From assembly GCA_012295275.1 (NCBI GenBank), contig CM022672.1, forward strand, positions 19,344,001 through 19,408,000: a stretch of 64,000 bases of DNA, given 5' to 3'. This document shows positions 1 to 34,780 of this stretch, one piece after another; within the stretch, counting starts at the first letter, position 1; each line of letters opens with the position of its first letter. This DNA is from Chrysomallon squamiferum. Taxonomy: Eukaryota > Animalia > Mollusca. Position numbers and translations under genes: made by a program. Under the pieces are notes generated by a model. It saw nothing but the letters and a program-made list of their open reading frames with translations, was not told the DNA's origin and did not search any database.

Positions 1-282
1 TATCATTTAATTTCTTACTTTGTACTGGTAATGTTTGCAAGATTTATAGAAGATTTTATTTTTATTTTTGTTGCTTTTTTTTATGAATATGAATATTTCT
101 TATTAAGGCTGAGTGTACAAATTTTTTTTTTTTTTTTTCCATCGTTGTAAACTTTAGTTAAGTGAGCTTTGTTTCATTTGTTCATGTCTGAAAATATTGC
201 ATGTTAATGTTTTGCCTGATTTGATTTTTGATACAGTCATTATTTCATTGTGTATTTATTTTTTTATTTTTTTTTTTATCAG

Positions 283-20680
<20,398 letters not shown>

Positions 20681-21330
20681 AACTCAACAGACACAGAACA
20701 AAAATCACTAACGTAATTTACAGTTAGAAAACTTTCAATCTGTTTTCTTCTTGTAACAGTCAAGGCTCCAAGAAACCATAATATATAAAATTGTGAATAT
20801 TACTTGTTTATGTTTGGATTATACTATACAGATTTACTCTTCACAAACAAAATTTTGGTATTTGTTATTAAGCATTTTTTTTTTTAAATACGTGTTATAA
20901 TAATAATAAAATAATGGATAGAAAAGAATAACAGTAGCAACAGAAGATTGTTATTCTTAAAAGTTTTGAAGTATTAGTGGTGTTTTGGGGGGGTTTAAAT
21001 CACAATAATAACAATAATGAACAATGAAAAAAAAAATAATAATAATAAAAAGAAAATGTATATTTTTGTTTTTTAATGTCTTTTTGGTTGTTTTTTCTAA
21101 ATTACAAAATATTCATTATAATTTTTTTTTATTTCAAATGACCTTTGTAAGATCATATTTTAATATATTGTTTCGCTTTTGTTCAGCTTAAGCATACCAC
21201 AGTATTATATTATAATGTCATTTTGAATGTATTTCATTAATCATGGAGGCAAATACATGCTGAAAGGTCATAAAATTCTTCTTCTTTTTTCTGTTATGTA
21301 TTAATGATTTCCCTGTGATTCCTTTATTTG

Positions 21331-21507
21331 ACATGTGACCAGAACACAATGTAAAATAATGTGACCAGAACACAATGTAAAAATAATGTGACCAGAACAC
21401 AATGTAAAATAATGTGACGTAAACAGAATGTAAAATAATGTAACCAGAACACACAACATTGAGTCATGTGACCAAAACACAATGTAAAATAATGTGACCA
21501 ACACAAT
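21331..21507. repeat. Minisatellite, ~26-bp unit, about 6 copies, downstream of the WDR47 stop
   Basis: ATGTGACCAGAACACAATGTAAAATA repeated; it accounts for the overlapping spurious minus-strand ORFs. Confidence 0.9.
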
Positions 21508-22222
21508 GCCTTCAGTTTGCAGTGAATGTTTAATTATTTTTGTGATGTTTGTATAAGTTTTATTTTAACATGTCATTGTTATATTTCATAAATAGCTACT
21601 GCTTTTATGTAATAGGTAGATACTTGTGACTGCAAACTAAATAATTATAATGGTTATAGTATTAGAAGTTCTACATTGCATATTTCATTACAGCTATAAC
21701 TATTTTTTTTTTAAATTCTGTAGCTTCCTTTATATATGATCTAACCTATTTTTGAAATTACTGCCTACTAAAATTACATTTTCTTCCATAAATTCTTAAA
21801 ATATTAACATGCATTGTTTTTGTGGGAGTGTTTGTTCAGTTTTTTTTTTTTGTTGTTGTTGTTTTCTTAATGTATATAAGAGAATAATTCACAGTCTAGT
21901 TAATAATAGATGTTAAAACTTTAGTCAAGTTTTGGTTGTGGTTATTTACATTACTGTTAGTCATTTAATCTAGGTATTTTTTATTAGTTATGATCCAAGT
22001 ATATTTTTTGGTTGCTGCTGTTGTTTTTTTTTCTTCGTTTTTTCTTTTGTTCTACAAACAGTTTTGCTCACAAAGCTCACTCACTTGTAAATAACATGCT
22101 TACCCAATTACTGAAATATCACGAATAACACTGTAATCATTTTTCCATTACATTTTCATTTTTTTTCTTACCTCTGTCAGAATTATAAGTGAAAAGAACA
22201 CAGATTCTGTTTCAAATACCTT

Positions 22223-22260
<38 letters not shown>

Positions 22261-22941
22261 CCAGCAAGAAATGTAACAAAAACTGAATATAACTTCTATT
22301 TTAAATAACATTGCTTTTATTTTCAGTTTAGATATATCAGAAATATAAAAATAGCTTAAAATTTGTTTTTCTGTACTGGTCCAATCATTGATCAGAACTC
22401 TGGCTTAAAAAAACTACTTTCATTTTACATTCAGTCAAATCAGAAATAAATCTAAAAACAAACTATCTTAAACTTTCTTATTTTACCAGCATGACCTTTT
22501 CTGTGTATCCAGTTCAAAACAATAATTTTTATTATTTTAAAGTCCTTTCTGCTTTTCACAGATTTCAAACTGTGTCATTTTAGCATGCAAATCAATTCAT
22601 TTTTATTTATAATGACATAAATATATTCTAAGATTTTTCTTATTGGCATGTCATTTTATATATACTTACTTATTACTGATTGGTATGTACTTGATTTTTT
22701 TTTGGTTGAACACAGCAAGTATTAAGTGATTATTCATGAATTAATTACAGGATCAGGTTTATCTGTCATCTACTTAAATAATAATGTCATCATCCATCAT
22801 GTCCATGACAAAATAATCTCTCTTTTTTTTCTTTTTTTTTATATGGAGTTTGTCAGTTCCTCTGTGTCTCACAATGAAGTATTAATGATTTATTTGTACA
22901 ATACAATATATATTCAGAACTAGACACACGTTTTCTGATCC

Positions 22942-23155
22942 CCAGGGCTAATTCGATTTTTGGAGGCCCCTTATATAGGCATGTATGTATAGGCAAATAC
23001 TACAAACAGAGAAACGGTGCTTGCCAGTTAGATAAATATATATGATTAACGACACTTTGTTGAAATTTTTGTCCTGTCTGACTGTGCTCCCTTCCCCCAA
23101 AATGTTGGGCCCCTGGGCTGCAACCCTTGTAGCCCAGTGGAATAAGACAGCTTTG
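22942..23155. mobile_element. Probable decayed MITE (hAT-like non-autonomous element)
   Basis: GC-rich island in AT-rich DNA starting CAGGGC, with GGAGGCCCC/GGGCCCC motifs and the inverted repeat CTGGGCTGCAA..TTGTAGCCCAG; TIRs match only weakly. Confidence 0.35.
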
Positions 23156-23535
23156 TAATATACTGAATGACTGTATTTTCAACCACAGTCTGCTTGCTTA
23201 TCCAGTCTCTGTGTTAAAATGTAATGTCTCTCTTTATCATGTGTTTTTTTTTTTTTTCATTTCAAATAAAATTTGTTGCGTCGTTTAAGGACTTAAAATT
23301 TTATTATTTTTAAAGTCCTTTCTGCATTTCATCGACTGCCTCAAATGTTACATTGTTGTCGATTACTGCATTTTCATGCATTTGTTGGTACATTTTTTGT
23401 ACTGAATTGATGGACATGTATTGGTTCACTTTAAAGTATTTTTTCTATTTTTATTTTACTATCTTTTTATTATGAGTTTATTTGATATAATTATTTACAT
23501 TTCTGTCTCACTACCTTTTCTTTCTTTTGCTTGTA

Positions 23536-23567
<32 letters not shown>

Positions 23568-24125
23568 TTTCAAAATACAGAAAATATTTTTTAAAGTATT
23601 GTATTGACTTGTTTTGTTACAGTATTGTAATGTTTTTTTTTTTTTGTGTATATGAGATTATAACACAGTAAATATTTTTGTATTGACACCTATCACTGCA
23701 AGAAGTCCTTTTTATTTTACAACTACAAAGATTGGTATTTTGTGTTTATAATGGAAATTCTTGTTGAATTTTTTACAGTCTCATTTATAATTGTTTAATG
23801 TGAAATAATTATTTATGTTTTTTTTATTTTTTTATTTTTTATTATTATTTTTTTTTTTTTTTTTTTCCTATAAAGAAATGTTTGAATGGGTCACATACAT
23901 AGATATTTATTAACATACTCTAACATTATGAAACAGAAACATGTACATACATCAAAAAAAAAAAAAAAAAATGTATGTTGTTTTACTTGTTTTATTTAAT
24001 GTATTCAGACAAAAACCATAAATAAATGTGCATTAATAAAGACATTGAGTTAAGAACAGTACATCTGTTACTGAACCTGTTTTATATCTCAGACCAATAC
24101 ACAACTAGTATATATTATGCACATG

Positions 24126-24165
<40 letters not shown>

Positions 24166-25695
24166 CTTGTATTAAACATTTTATTGAGGAAGAATGGCAG
24201 AGTTCAGTCTGAAATGTTAAATTTGTTTTTTTCTCTTACAAGGTGCCTCACAAATTGTTATTAATCTTCTTTTGAATTTAATGTTGCCAAGCTTCTGTTA
24301 TGTGATTGCTAAAAAAAAAATGTACATAACTATTAGGATCTCAGTTGTTTCATATTTGTTGCTTTCAGAGTTATTTTATTTATCTTGTGTTGTAAAGCAG
24401 TAGATATTTCTGAAGATACTGCTGGGTTTTTTTTTCATAATGCTAATACAATTCAATATGTCATTTACTGTGATGTAATATTCAGGTTTTTTATTTTTAT
24501 TTTGTTACTGAAAAAAATGGCAGTAAATTTTAAAACATGAGAAAGATAAAATTAGAAGATGATTCTGCTGGACAATGTGGAAAATGTAACTTGTCTATAT
24601 ATAAATTATAATACATTTAACCCCAAAAATGTTGGTTATATGCATAATATTTAATTTTTATTATGATTATTTCTATTTTATTTTAATTATTTATTTATTT
24701 CATTATTTATTTATTTATTTATTTATTGATATTATTATTCTTCTTCTTCTTCTTATTATTATTATTAATGCTGTTAAATTTTAAAAAGTTAATAATTTTG
24801 TAACAATTAATATTATAAAGACATTGATTTTGATTAAATTTTTTGAGCTACAGATTTGAAACCCTACGTAAAAATAAAATAATAATAATAAATAATAAAA
24901 TGCTCACATTGTCCACTATTGGTCATGGCACTCTGATCCAGATATATAGATAACATCTCTTATTTTAATCCCTAATTCCAAAATGTATATTAATGACATA
25001 CTTAATATTTAATCTGACAATTCAGTATTTTCAGAAATATCTACATCATTTCAATAATATTTCAAAGAGATAAGAAATATTTAATATACTGTCTTGTAAA
25101 TGTATGATCTACATAGTTTCTGATGTATTCAAAATTTTAAAATTATTTATTGATAAGCTTTTTGTTGATAGATCATAGCCAATTTTTATTTGTGTAAATA
25201 ATAATGATAATGTTTGTGATTTTTAATGTTTTAGTTCAGTGGTGATCTATATATATATATATATATTTTTATAAAAAAAAATTTGACTTCATAATTAGTT
25301 TAATTAAGAAAATAATAATGTTAATAATTATCATGATTTATGTTAAATGAGTAAAGAGCAAAACAGAAAGTAATTGATAACATTAAAACTAAATAAATAA
25401 AAACTAAATCTTTGAAATTTTAATATTTTCATAACCTAGGAAAAGATAATGAACCACTGAAATCTTTTTAATTTCTGTGAAACAAAATTATATCTCTCAT
25501 GTAATAAAATTACTGGGTTTTTTCATTTATATATATTCATATCTTTGATTAATTAAACATTTAAAATATAAATTTTATAAATGTTTTTCTACATTTGAAT
25601 TCAATACTTTTTCTTTGACACTGTTATAACAATATATTTCTTTAAATGGTGCAGATATATTAATTTGATAAAAATTTATTTTTGCAGACTATCTT

Positions 25696-25727
<32 letters not shown>

Positions 25728-27249
25728 TGTTTTTTTGTTGCTTTTCTTCTTCTTTTTTTTTAGTATTAAAAGTATACCCATATGCTTTATTTAACTTGAA
25801 AAAAAAATATTACAAATAAAAATATATCCTTTTCAGCAAGGTGATGTATACCTTACTGCTTTCTGTGTATTACATCAGATGCTTAAATTTTTTAATCATT
25901 ATTGTTTTTAATTAATATTGGCTATATTCAGTGTTTAATGTTTAGAATATAAATATTGGTAAAATATGCATGATAAACAAATCAGATTGTGTGAAGACCT
26001 GTAACTATTCTGATTCTTCATAAAGGCATAATAGATTTTTTGAAAGTAGAAAGACATAATTCTAGAGATAATTTTATTGTCAGATCAGTTGACAGAGCAG
26101 TTAAAGTCTCAAATTGAAGATTGTGGTTCAGTTCGTTTTTGATGGAATATGAGGAAATGTGCATAAAGATGTTTTAATAGAAAATTTTAAAATATTTCAC
26201 TTTCATAGTATCTTTATACAGAAACATGGCTGTATAATATAGCTTGTTTTTGTGGGTTATCATTTTTTTTTTTTTTTTTTTCAGATGATCATAATATAGC
26301 ATTCTCACTTGTTACATCAAGCTTTATTATTTAAATAACGCTTCACTTAACATTTTGTAGTGTGTAACGTTCTAACAAAAAGTGTGATATTTGTATTGTA
26401 AAAAACAATATATAAAAATATATATGTATTTTCTGTGTTTTTTGGCGTGTTTTTTTTTTTCACTTTTTGTCCACTTTTTTTTTTTTTACATCATATTAAG
26501 TTTCTCTTTCATGTACTTTCTAGTCATACTATTAGCAAAATAAACAGTAGAATGTGAATCTTCTTTGTTTTGTTTTGTCGTCATTTTTTTTATATGTGAT
26601 TAAAGATTTTCAAATACAGGATAAAAATTGTAAAGTTTAATGATGTTATTAATGGTGGTGAGGGTAAAACACATGACAAGAGTTATGGGGTTTTTGTTGA
26701 ACAGTGATTGTAAAAATTAAAATGGATGTCATCATATTGTCTTCTCACAAAATTTGCAGTTAGAAATTTTTATTTTTGTGTCCACCTACCCATAGACAGA
26801 AAGATACATATAACCTTTGATAAAATGGTTTTGGGTCACTGACTGGAACCAGTCAAATAAGTACACACTCCTTTTTTGTCTTTTAACATTCATTTCACTG
26901 AATTGTTTTCTTGTCACCTATATTTCATTTCCAAAAATGTATTTTAAAAAGAAATTCCATGAAAATTACTATTCATTTTAACATAAATCTTTTTATTTTA
27001 ATATGGAATTTTGTACATGTGTATTGCATGTTAAACGAAATCGAGGGATCTTTTACATATATTTTCTGATAATAAAAAAAAAATTCTTAATTAAAACCTG
27101 AATTGTAGATGCTTATGCAACAATTCACCCCATCATAATTTTTATTGTCACGATATATTTTACTTATTTCTCAGACACAACTTTGCAGTTCGTGCCAATA
27201 ACGGTGCTCTTACATGTATGGAGAAAATAAAATACAAATCAGAAAAATA

Positions 27250-27647
27250 ATGGCAGCGCCCATTAACTGGTGTGCTCGTGGTTTATTTTTGAAACGGGTC
27301 TGTCTTGATCGGTCCTTTGTTTCAAATTTTTTGCAAGCTCAAGTCAAGCACAATTTTATTGTTCCTTTCCACTGTGTGTCAAACTGTGCAAAACAGACTC
27401 CACCGAAAACAAAATGGAGACGAATATTATACGCCGCGGGGGCCGTCATGTTTGGAACTGCCGTCGCTACAACAATAGCTCTTGACAAATGGAGCGTTTA
27501 TGCAGAGAGCGTGAAAAAACCAGATATCAAACCAACTAGGCGAGTAAGTTACTGTATACACGATATAAAAATATGTCCATACATACATATGTATGTATAA
27601 ATAATAATATTTTTATATAATATTATTATTATATAAAAAAAATAATT

Positions 27648-27726
<79 letters not shown>

Positions 27727-29679
27727 CACTCATATTAATATATAGACATACATAAACAGGATGTATCAGAAGTACTTCAATTAGACCCAATTTCTAAAAT
27801 TATGAGTTACTATGAAGTGATAAAACTAAGTGATAACCTGATTTCTTGAATTTACCTTATTAGTTTAGTATTACTTCATTAATGTAGAGAATTGTTGAAC
27901 CATCCTCAGCCTGGGATTTGGCCTACATTCATTTAAATCCTGGGTTTGGACATGTTCAGAGTTTGGCTTATGTTATAATACACTCTGCTGTATACCAGTT
28001 TAATAATTTGTTACATATTTTACAAGGTTACACTTAACAGTAAAGATGCTTCTGAATTAATTTAGCTATTAATAGTATTATGCACATAATTCATACATAA
28101 TATCCATTATATTGTTAATAAATGCAGGTTTTTTATTCATTTAGCTATCATTCACATAATTTACTCATAATACTGATTATCATATTAATAAATTCAGGTT
28201 CTTAATTTATTTAGCTATCATGTGGATAATTTACATAATATTCATTTATAATGTTAATAAATTCAGGTTCTTAATTTATTTAGCTATCATATGGATAATT
28301 TACACATAATATTCATTATAATGTTAATAAATTCAGGTTTTTAATTTATTTATCTATTACATGTATAAAAAATACATAATATTCATTATAATATTAATAA
28401 ATTCAGGTTCTTATTTTTACATCAGATCCAGATTGATACAGATCCAAGTGGTTTGAAACTTACCCTGTTCCAGTATCAAACATGTCCATTCTGCTGCAAG
28501 GCAAGGGCCTATCTTGACTACAATGGAATTTCTTACGATGTCGTGGAAGTGAACTCTGTGTTCAGAAAAGAAATTAAATGGTCAAAGTATAAAAAAGTCC
28601 CCATCCTTTTATGTGATGGTGTGGGAGAGAATGGATTTTTGGTAAATGATACAGATTGCATTCTTAATAATAATGAAATGCATTTTACTTTATATATTTG
28701 GGCTAAGATAATGTTAAACGTTATACTATAATTAGATACAACAGAAAAATTGATAAATGCTGAAATTAAACATTTTCAAGTTAAATAAATAAAAAAATCC
28801 AAAAATAAATCCACATTTTGAAAACTGTTAATCTGGATGCTTGTTCAGAAGGATAAAATGTATTTGTGATTATACAGAGTTTGGAACATAAATAGTAGTA
28901 TTGTATATTTAACTTTAACATAATAAAAATTAAATGCATCTGAATGTTTACTAGCCGTAGACATACTATTTTTTTAGTACATCCTAGAGAAAAATTGTTT
29001 CTCTTTTTCTTTGTTTTCAGCAAATCTGTGATTCATCAGTAATCATCAGTTTACTGGAGTCACATCTTAGTGATCCACAGTTATCACTGGATCAGCTCTT
29101 AACTTATTACCCTTGTCTGGAAACAAAGGAGGGCAGTAAAACCAAATATGAGTTCCAGAATAAATATTTTCTGATGTTTCCAGAAAAGAATGCCAGCAAG
29201 GCTTTCATAGAACAAACAAGGTAAAATAAATAAATAAATATAGAAAAAAAAAAATGCTTGCTCTAGATTAATCAGTATTATTGAAGAAAAAAAATTTTTG
29301 GAAAAAATATTTGTTAGATATTTTGTGTACAGTTATTTTGTTTCTCCTGAAATGTAATGTTTCAGGAACAATCCTCATCAATCAGCCTGTTAGTTCATCA
29401 CAATTCTAGTCAGTGCATCATTACTTATTCACCAAACCAGCAGTGTATACTTTAGGAATGTGTATATAAAAGATCTGTTGATATTGGTGTAGTTATTTTC
29501 TATGATGTAACATATTTCATTTTAATATTAAAATATTATTGGATCTTGATAAATAAAACAATCTTCAGCTGTTTGTATTTATAACAGTAGATACTTTTTT
29601 TGGTTGCTTTTATTTAACACTAATTCATTTATTGATAACATGACTTTTTGTAATCTGTATAAATATTATTTCTCTTACT

Positions 29680-29713
<34 letters not shown>

Positions 29714-31314
29714 CCAGTAAAGAGAGAAAATGGAGACAGTGGACAGATGATGTGTTGGTTCATGTGCTTTCTCCCAACATCTACAGAACTCCATATGAAG
29801 CATTGCATTCTTTCCACTACTTTTCAGATGTAGGCAACTGGGAAAATATTTTTCCAATCTGGGAACGTCTCACAGTGATCTATGTTGGAGCTGCTGCGAT
29901 GTTTGTCCTTGGCAGGATATTGAAAAAGAAGTATGTGTATATATAAATAGATACTGCACAGTTAGTACCTGTTTTAAGAGTGACATTGTAAATCTTTTAA
30001 TAGACGTCTTGTCATTCTTGATGCTATGTTTTGGAAACAGTGCAAACAAAAAAATATTTATATAAAAAATATAATATATACATACATGAAATTTATAATC
30101 AAATATATGCTGGATACATGATAAACTTAGTCTTGATACAATGTCACATATAACATATAAATTAAGAGAAACAATATAACCAGAAGAAAATGCAAGTAAT
30201 ATAAATAGTTTCATAAACTAGTTTTAATTAGCATGAAACGTGTTTCAAAAATAGTCAGTAGAAAATAATGAAAAGTTATAAATTGTTTTTATGTAATGTG
30301 AAAAAGAAATGTTGATACTTTTAATTATTTCATGGTCTGTTTAGTGTCAGTTTAAATGCTGATTAAACACTGTCAACACAAGTGAAGTTGAGGTATAATG
30401 AAAACAAACTTCTTATTTTTAGGTACAATTTGAAAGATGATGTGCGCCAGTCACTGTATGATAGCTGTATAGAATGGACTAAAGCTCTAGGTGAAAACAA
30501 ATTCATGGGTGGTGACTCGCCAAATCTTGCTGATCTGGTATGAAATATATTATTATTGATTAGATAAGTTTTAAATAGTCATTTTTTTTCAGCTTTTGTA
30601 AACTTAAATGAATTTATTAATTCTTCATGATATACAAAATAGTTTAACACTCTCAGTCATTACAAAAGTACCTGTTTATGTTTCTGATTATAAGTTTCTT
30701 TTATTTATTTACTTTAATTTTATTTAATATTTAACCTTGTCAATGTATAAATTCAAAACATTTTTGTCAGTTTGAAATTTTAAATTCTTTATGCAGTGGT
30801 TGGTCATCTATTCAGATTCATTAAGAACAGAAAATAATTAATTAAGATTCATTAATTGTCTGACATCTTACTGTAAGAGTATTAGACAAAGATGACATAC
30901 ATATCTTCATTCATCTGAAAAATACTATATGTATGTAAGACACAACATTCAGTGGGTTTTTTTTAGTTGTTTTTTTTACATTAATATATATTTTCCAGTA
31001 TTCCCATAAGTGACTGATGTTAAACTGTTGAACATTGCTTGACTCCATTGTTAAAAAATACTGGATCAATCTAAAATTATTACATTGTCAAGATTAATAA
31101 AGATAGATGTTAAAAAGTAAAGATGTGATTTTTTTTTTCTCTTTTTCCCTAATTCCAGTCTGTGTATGGAACTTTACATGCTATTGAAGGCTGCAAGGCT
31201 TTTGATGATTTGATTAATAACACAGACATTGGAAGCTGGTACTTCAGGACAAAGAAAGAAGTCATCTCACATGCTGGAGCCAACCGTAGAATTATAGAAA
31301 GACCAACAGAATAA
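27250..31314 (+). CDS. PTGES2: Prostaglandin E synthase 2 (glutaredoxin/GST fold)
   Basis: Exons 27250-27543, 28426-28641, 29021-29220, 29718-29930, 30423-30537 and 31159-31314 (TAA) are in phase. Motifs LTLFQYQTCPFCCKARAYLDY, WSKYKKVP, WRQWTDDVLVHVLSPNIYRT and FMGGDSPNLADLSVYG. The N-terminus is basic and presequence-like, followed by a hydrophobic segment. Confidence 0.95.
27651..27723. repeat. (CA)n microsatellite
   Basis: Perfect dinucleotide run. Confidence 0.95.
28057..28412. repeat. Minisatellite, ~70-bp unit, about 5 copies, at the 3' end of PTGES2 intron 1
   Basis: AATAAAT(T/G)CAGGTT recurs at 28117, 28187, 28256, 28326 and 28396. Confidence 0.85.
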
Positions 31315-33028
31315 CGTTAAGAAAAAAATCAACAACAGTATTAAATAAAATAAAAAAATAAAAATAAAAAAGCATGTACTGTTTACCATATTTTTTCATT
31401 ACATTTTGTTAAAAGAATTGTTATTGCTATTTTAGAGCAGGTATAAATATTGTTAGTTTTGAAATAGTAGCTGTGAGCAAAACTTTGTCATTTTCATCAT
31501 GTTAAACTAAGGTTAATGTGAGGTTTTGTCCGATTTATTTGTATCTGTTGTAACATATCCTTTGTGTTGGTGTTTGGTTTGCTGTATCCAGAAAGTGAAA
31601 ATTCTTTCATAACACATATTTCCATTAGAACCACATTGCAAAATCAGGGTGTAAATGTTAACATTTTGTTTATTTATTGTTGTACACTGTAATAGGTCAT
31701 CACTTTATATTAAACATGCGTTGTAATGGAATGTTAATTTATGCCTGAATACTCTGTTATTCTTCACCATTTTGCAGATTGTTTCAGAACTATTTCTAAC
31801 ACTGCCTAGTTCAGGTTTTGTTTTATATAATATTTTAGAGAAACTCTTAATTATTTTCTAGTACAATTAATAAATATCAAACACACATATAGTTTTGTTT
31901 GAAAAAAAAAAAAGTTGGTGATAGTTTTTTTTTTTTTGTTTTTTTTATAATCTATGTGGATATACAGATCTTTACACTAATAATATTCTTTTTGAGGTTT
32001 ATCTTCTGTGTACCTGACCACTGGCTGGTACTGTCACAGGGTCATATAAATTTTTGAAAAATACATGTTTACTCATTTTGGTGTTTAATAAATTGTTAAC
32101 ATGTGAAGAAATTTTTTTTTTTTTTTTTTAATTTAATACCTGACACTCTGGAATGTTTATTTTTCTGAAGCTTTTGTAAATATGGTTGGTTGAGATGTAT
32201 TTTAGTGTTGTTGTGCAAACAAGTGAAATTCATTTTGTATTACATCATCTTTAGCCTAACAATAAAACAAGAAGAATATAAAACTGACATTTTTTCCTTT
32301 TATTGTGTTATTTTACCCAACACTTATTTTAAAAAATGTTTTTTGTATTCATTCACAAAATAATTAAATATCTCCAATGGCTGTATGGCACGTAAATGAT
32401 GGGTTGATATGGGAAAATTAAAATCTTTTGATACAGTGTAAATAACAAGGAATTATAAAGTGGAGAAAATCAGCAAAAACAACACTTGATGCTACAAAAA
32501 CTGATATTAGAGATATTTTATTTCACAGATAATACTACTGGCAAGAAGTACTGCACATATATACTTCACAAAATGGAATGTAGATGAATAACAGCAGATA
32601 GCTAGCTATGCTTTTATAAAGACGTAATAATATGTAAGGGAAGGTAACCTAATTATGCCAGTGATCCTTTTTTAGTAATTATAATGAATTTTTTTTATCA
32701 TTATTAATGTTAACTAAGCACCCCCCCCCAAAGACATCTAAATCATACTGAATAGTTGTTGATGGACTGCTCTATCATAATGTATTACATTCTTCTACTT
32801 TCCTTTCATACTGGCTGCCAAAATTTTCATTACAGTTCAGAAGAAAATGAATAATCATGATTATTTCATATCTGCATCATGAAACATTATTATGGGATTC
32901 ATCCTGAAGTAAATACTGCTTCAATCTTTTCTTTCCTTATTAAGAGTAAATAAATTAGACACGAAAGGAATGATATTCAGCCAATGTCTGCTCCTACTGT
33001 TAATAATAACACTGAAATAATAAAATGT

Positions 33029-33220
33029 TCAGTCTGTTTTAAATTCTTGATTTTGTTCTTGTCGTATTTGCTCTCTTGTCTGTCGGCTCTCCTCCAACAA
33101 GTCTTTTAATTTAGAAAACAAATTATTATTCCTTTCTTCTATTGTGTTCAGACATTCATCCAACTGGTCCAGTGTTCTGTTCAGATCTCCATATTCTGCA
33201 GATGGAAAAAAAAAAGTAAT

Positions 33221-33255
<35 letters not shown>

Positions 33256-34239
33256 AAACTGACCTTGATTTCATGGACTAACAAGGGGAGGGGTACCAGT
33301 CAAGAAAATGCAGAAGTCCAGACAATCACAAATGCAAACATTAATCCTAAAATTTAATAAAGCATTAATTTTTAGTACACATAACAATTATATAATACTG
33401 TAATATAATAATGTAAGAATAATATATAGACATAAAACTATGTAAATGTAAACAAATGTCATACAGTATATTTAAAGAAAAATTATTATTCAATCCGTAT
33501 CTGGGAACCTGCAATAAAATTTAATATGCAAATGCGTGTTTGAGAGCTAAATTTTTTTTAGAAATGCTGATAAAATAGTCATAAACGAAGGTATATGTGA
33601 CCAGTTATGTCATCGATTACCATTAAGGCATTATGATTAAAATTCATCTATCATTCTATGTCAAAATTTATTTTTTGTTATTTTAAATTCTTAGTTATAA
33701 TTGCCGAAATTCAAAATGGCATTTGAAACGGGGTTTTTAAATTTCTAATAATATGAATAATTAAAAAATTACGAATTATGGGGGTTTTTTGGTGGGTTGT
33801 GTTTGTTACAATGTAACGAATGTTATTGTTAGTGTATGTGATTATGCCGGCAAGGCTTGTTTTTTTTAGTATTAATATCATCAAAGTTACAAAAGTTATT
33901 GTAAACATTTATTATTATCAGACAACTAACAGAATTCATCTTTATTGTGAATTCTTTCAAAGATAGATTTTCAGTTACAGTGGTCCGAGTGGATTGACTG
34001 TGATGCACTGAAGCATTGAACTGTGGGGTAATTTCTTCACTTATGAGATCCTCAGATCGGTAATAAAATGTTTAATGAAAACTTTAACTGAAATATAATG
34101 AATTAATGAAAAAAATAGGTATATTACCTTGATTACATTCATCGACAATACTTTCGATGTCACTAGCATCTCCTTCATCATTAAGTGCCTCTGTTTTTAC
34201 AGGTTCCTTATCTTCCTCTAGTTCGTCACCGTCTGCCAT
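33029..34239 (-). CDS. BBLN: Bublin coiled-coil protein (UPF0184 / C9orf16 family)
   Basis: Exon 34239-34128 (MADGDELEED..) joins exon 33195-33029 (EYGDLNRTLDQLDECLNTIEERNNNLFSKLKDLLEESRQTREQ) in phase 1; the second exon matches the UPF0184 signature. Confidence 0.85.
33974..34058 (+). mobile_element. Possible decayed tRNA-derived SINE head or tRNA pseudogene in the BBLN intron
   Basis: GTGGTCCGAGTGGATT resembles a Pol III A-box/D-arm; only a poor B-box (GAGATCC) follows and no cloverleaf forms. Confidence 0.3.
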
Positions 34240-34780
34240 TTTGACTGGATCACGTGACAATATATATATTTTTTGGCATTAGTTTTAATTACTAAAAGCA
34301 AAACCACTCTGAAGTATGTTTTCGTTTGCTACTATTATTATTATCATTATTATTATATGCTATATTACAATAAATGCATAAAAAATAACAAAGTTAAGAT
34401 GTACATATTTAACACAGTACAGAGTACTAATTATTATGAGCATAGTTATGACAGTAATTTTAATAACTTTTAAAAAGACTTATTTTTAGAGAAGCAAATA
34501 TTTTAAATTTTATTAAAATCAGGCTTCAGTTTTAAATTTAAAAAAAAAAACAAAAAAAAACAACATTTAAATGATAGGATTTACAATTATTGTGATAAAT
34601 GTAATATATTTGCTATAATAATTTATTATAAGAGTGTTTGAAAAGGTTATATGTAACCCGGAAGGAATTGTTGTTCGAAAACCGGTCTACGTTTGTCAAC
34701 GTATTTTCATTGGCTCCTATATATAGAAAACGACGCCGTGTTGTAGAAAGCAGAAAATCTTGGTAACATTTTTGTGTGAG
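34240..34780. promoter_or_regulatory. Divergent promoter region for BBLN and DDX39
   Basis: Local CpG enrichment. E-box TCACGTGA at 34250-34257, ETS-like CCGGAAG ~34658, reverse CCAAT ~34710 and TATATATAG ~34718. Likely 5'UTR donor GTGAGT ~34776 and acceptor TTTTTCAG at 35139. Confidence 0.55.

Noticed and set aside
21218-21506. Three overlapping repetitive ORFs and a CRISPR-like appearance
   Set aside because: This is a head-to-tail 26-bp minisatellite with no unique spacers, no cas genes and a eukaryotic context.
25823-25833. ATATCCTTT matching the U12 AT-AC donor consensus
   Set aside because: It lies in non-coding DNA with no matching branch site or exon, so it is probably chance.
27905-27950. 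12-bp GU-rich hairpin in PTGES2 intron 1
   Set aside because: It is a single isolated copy with no other support.
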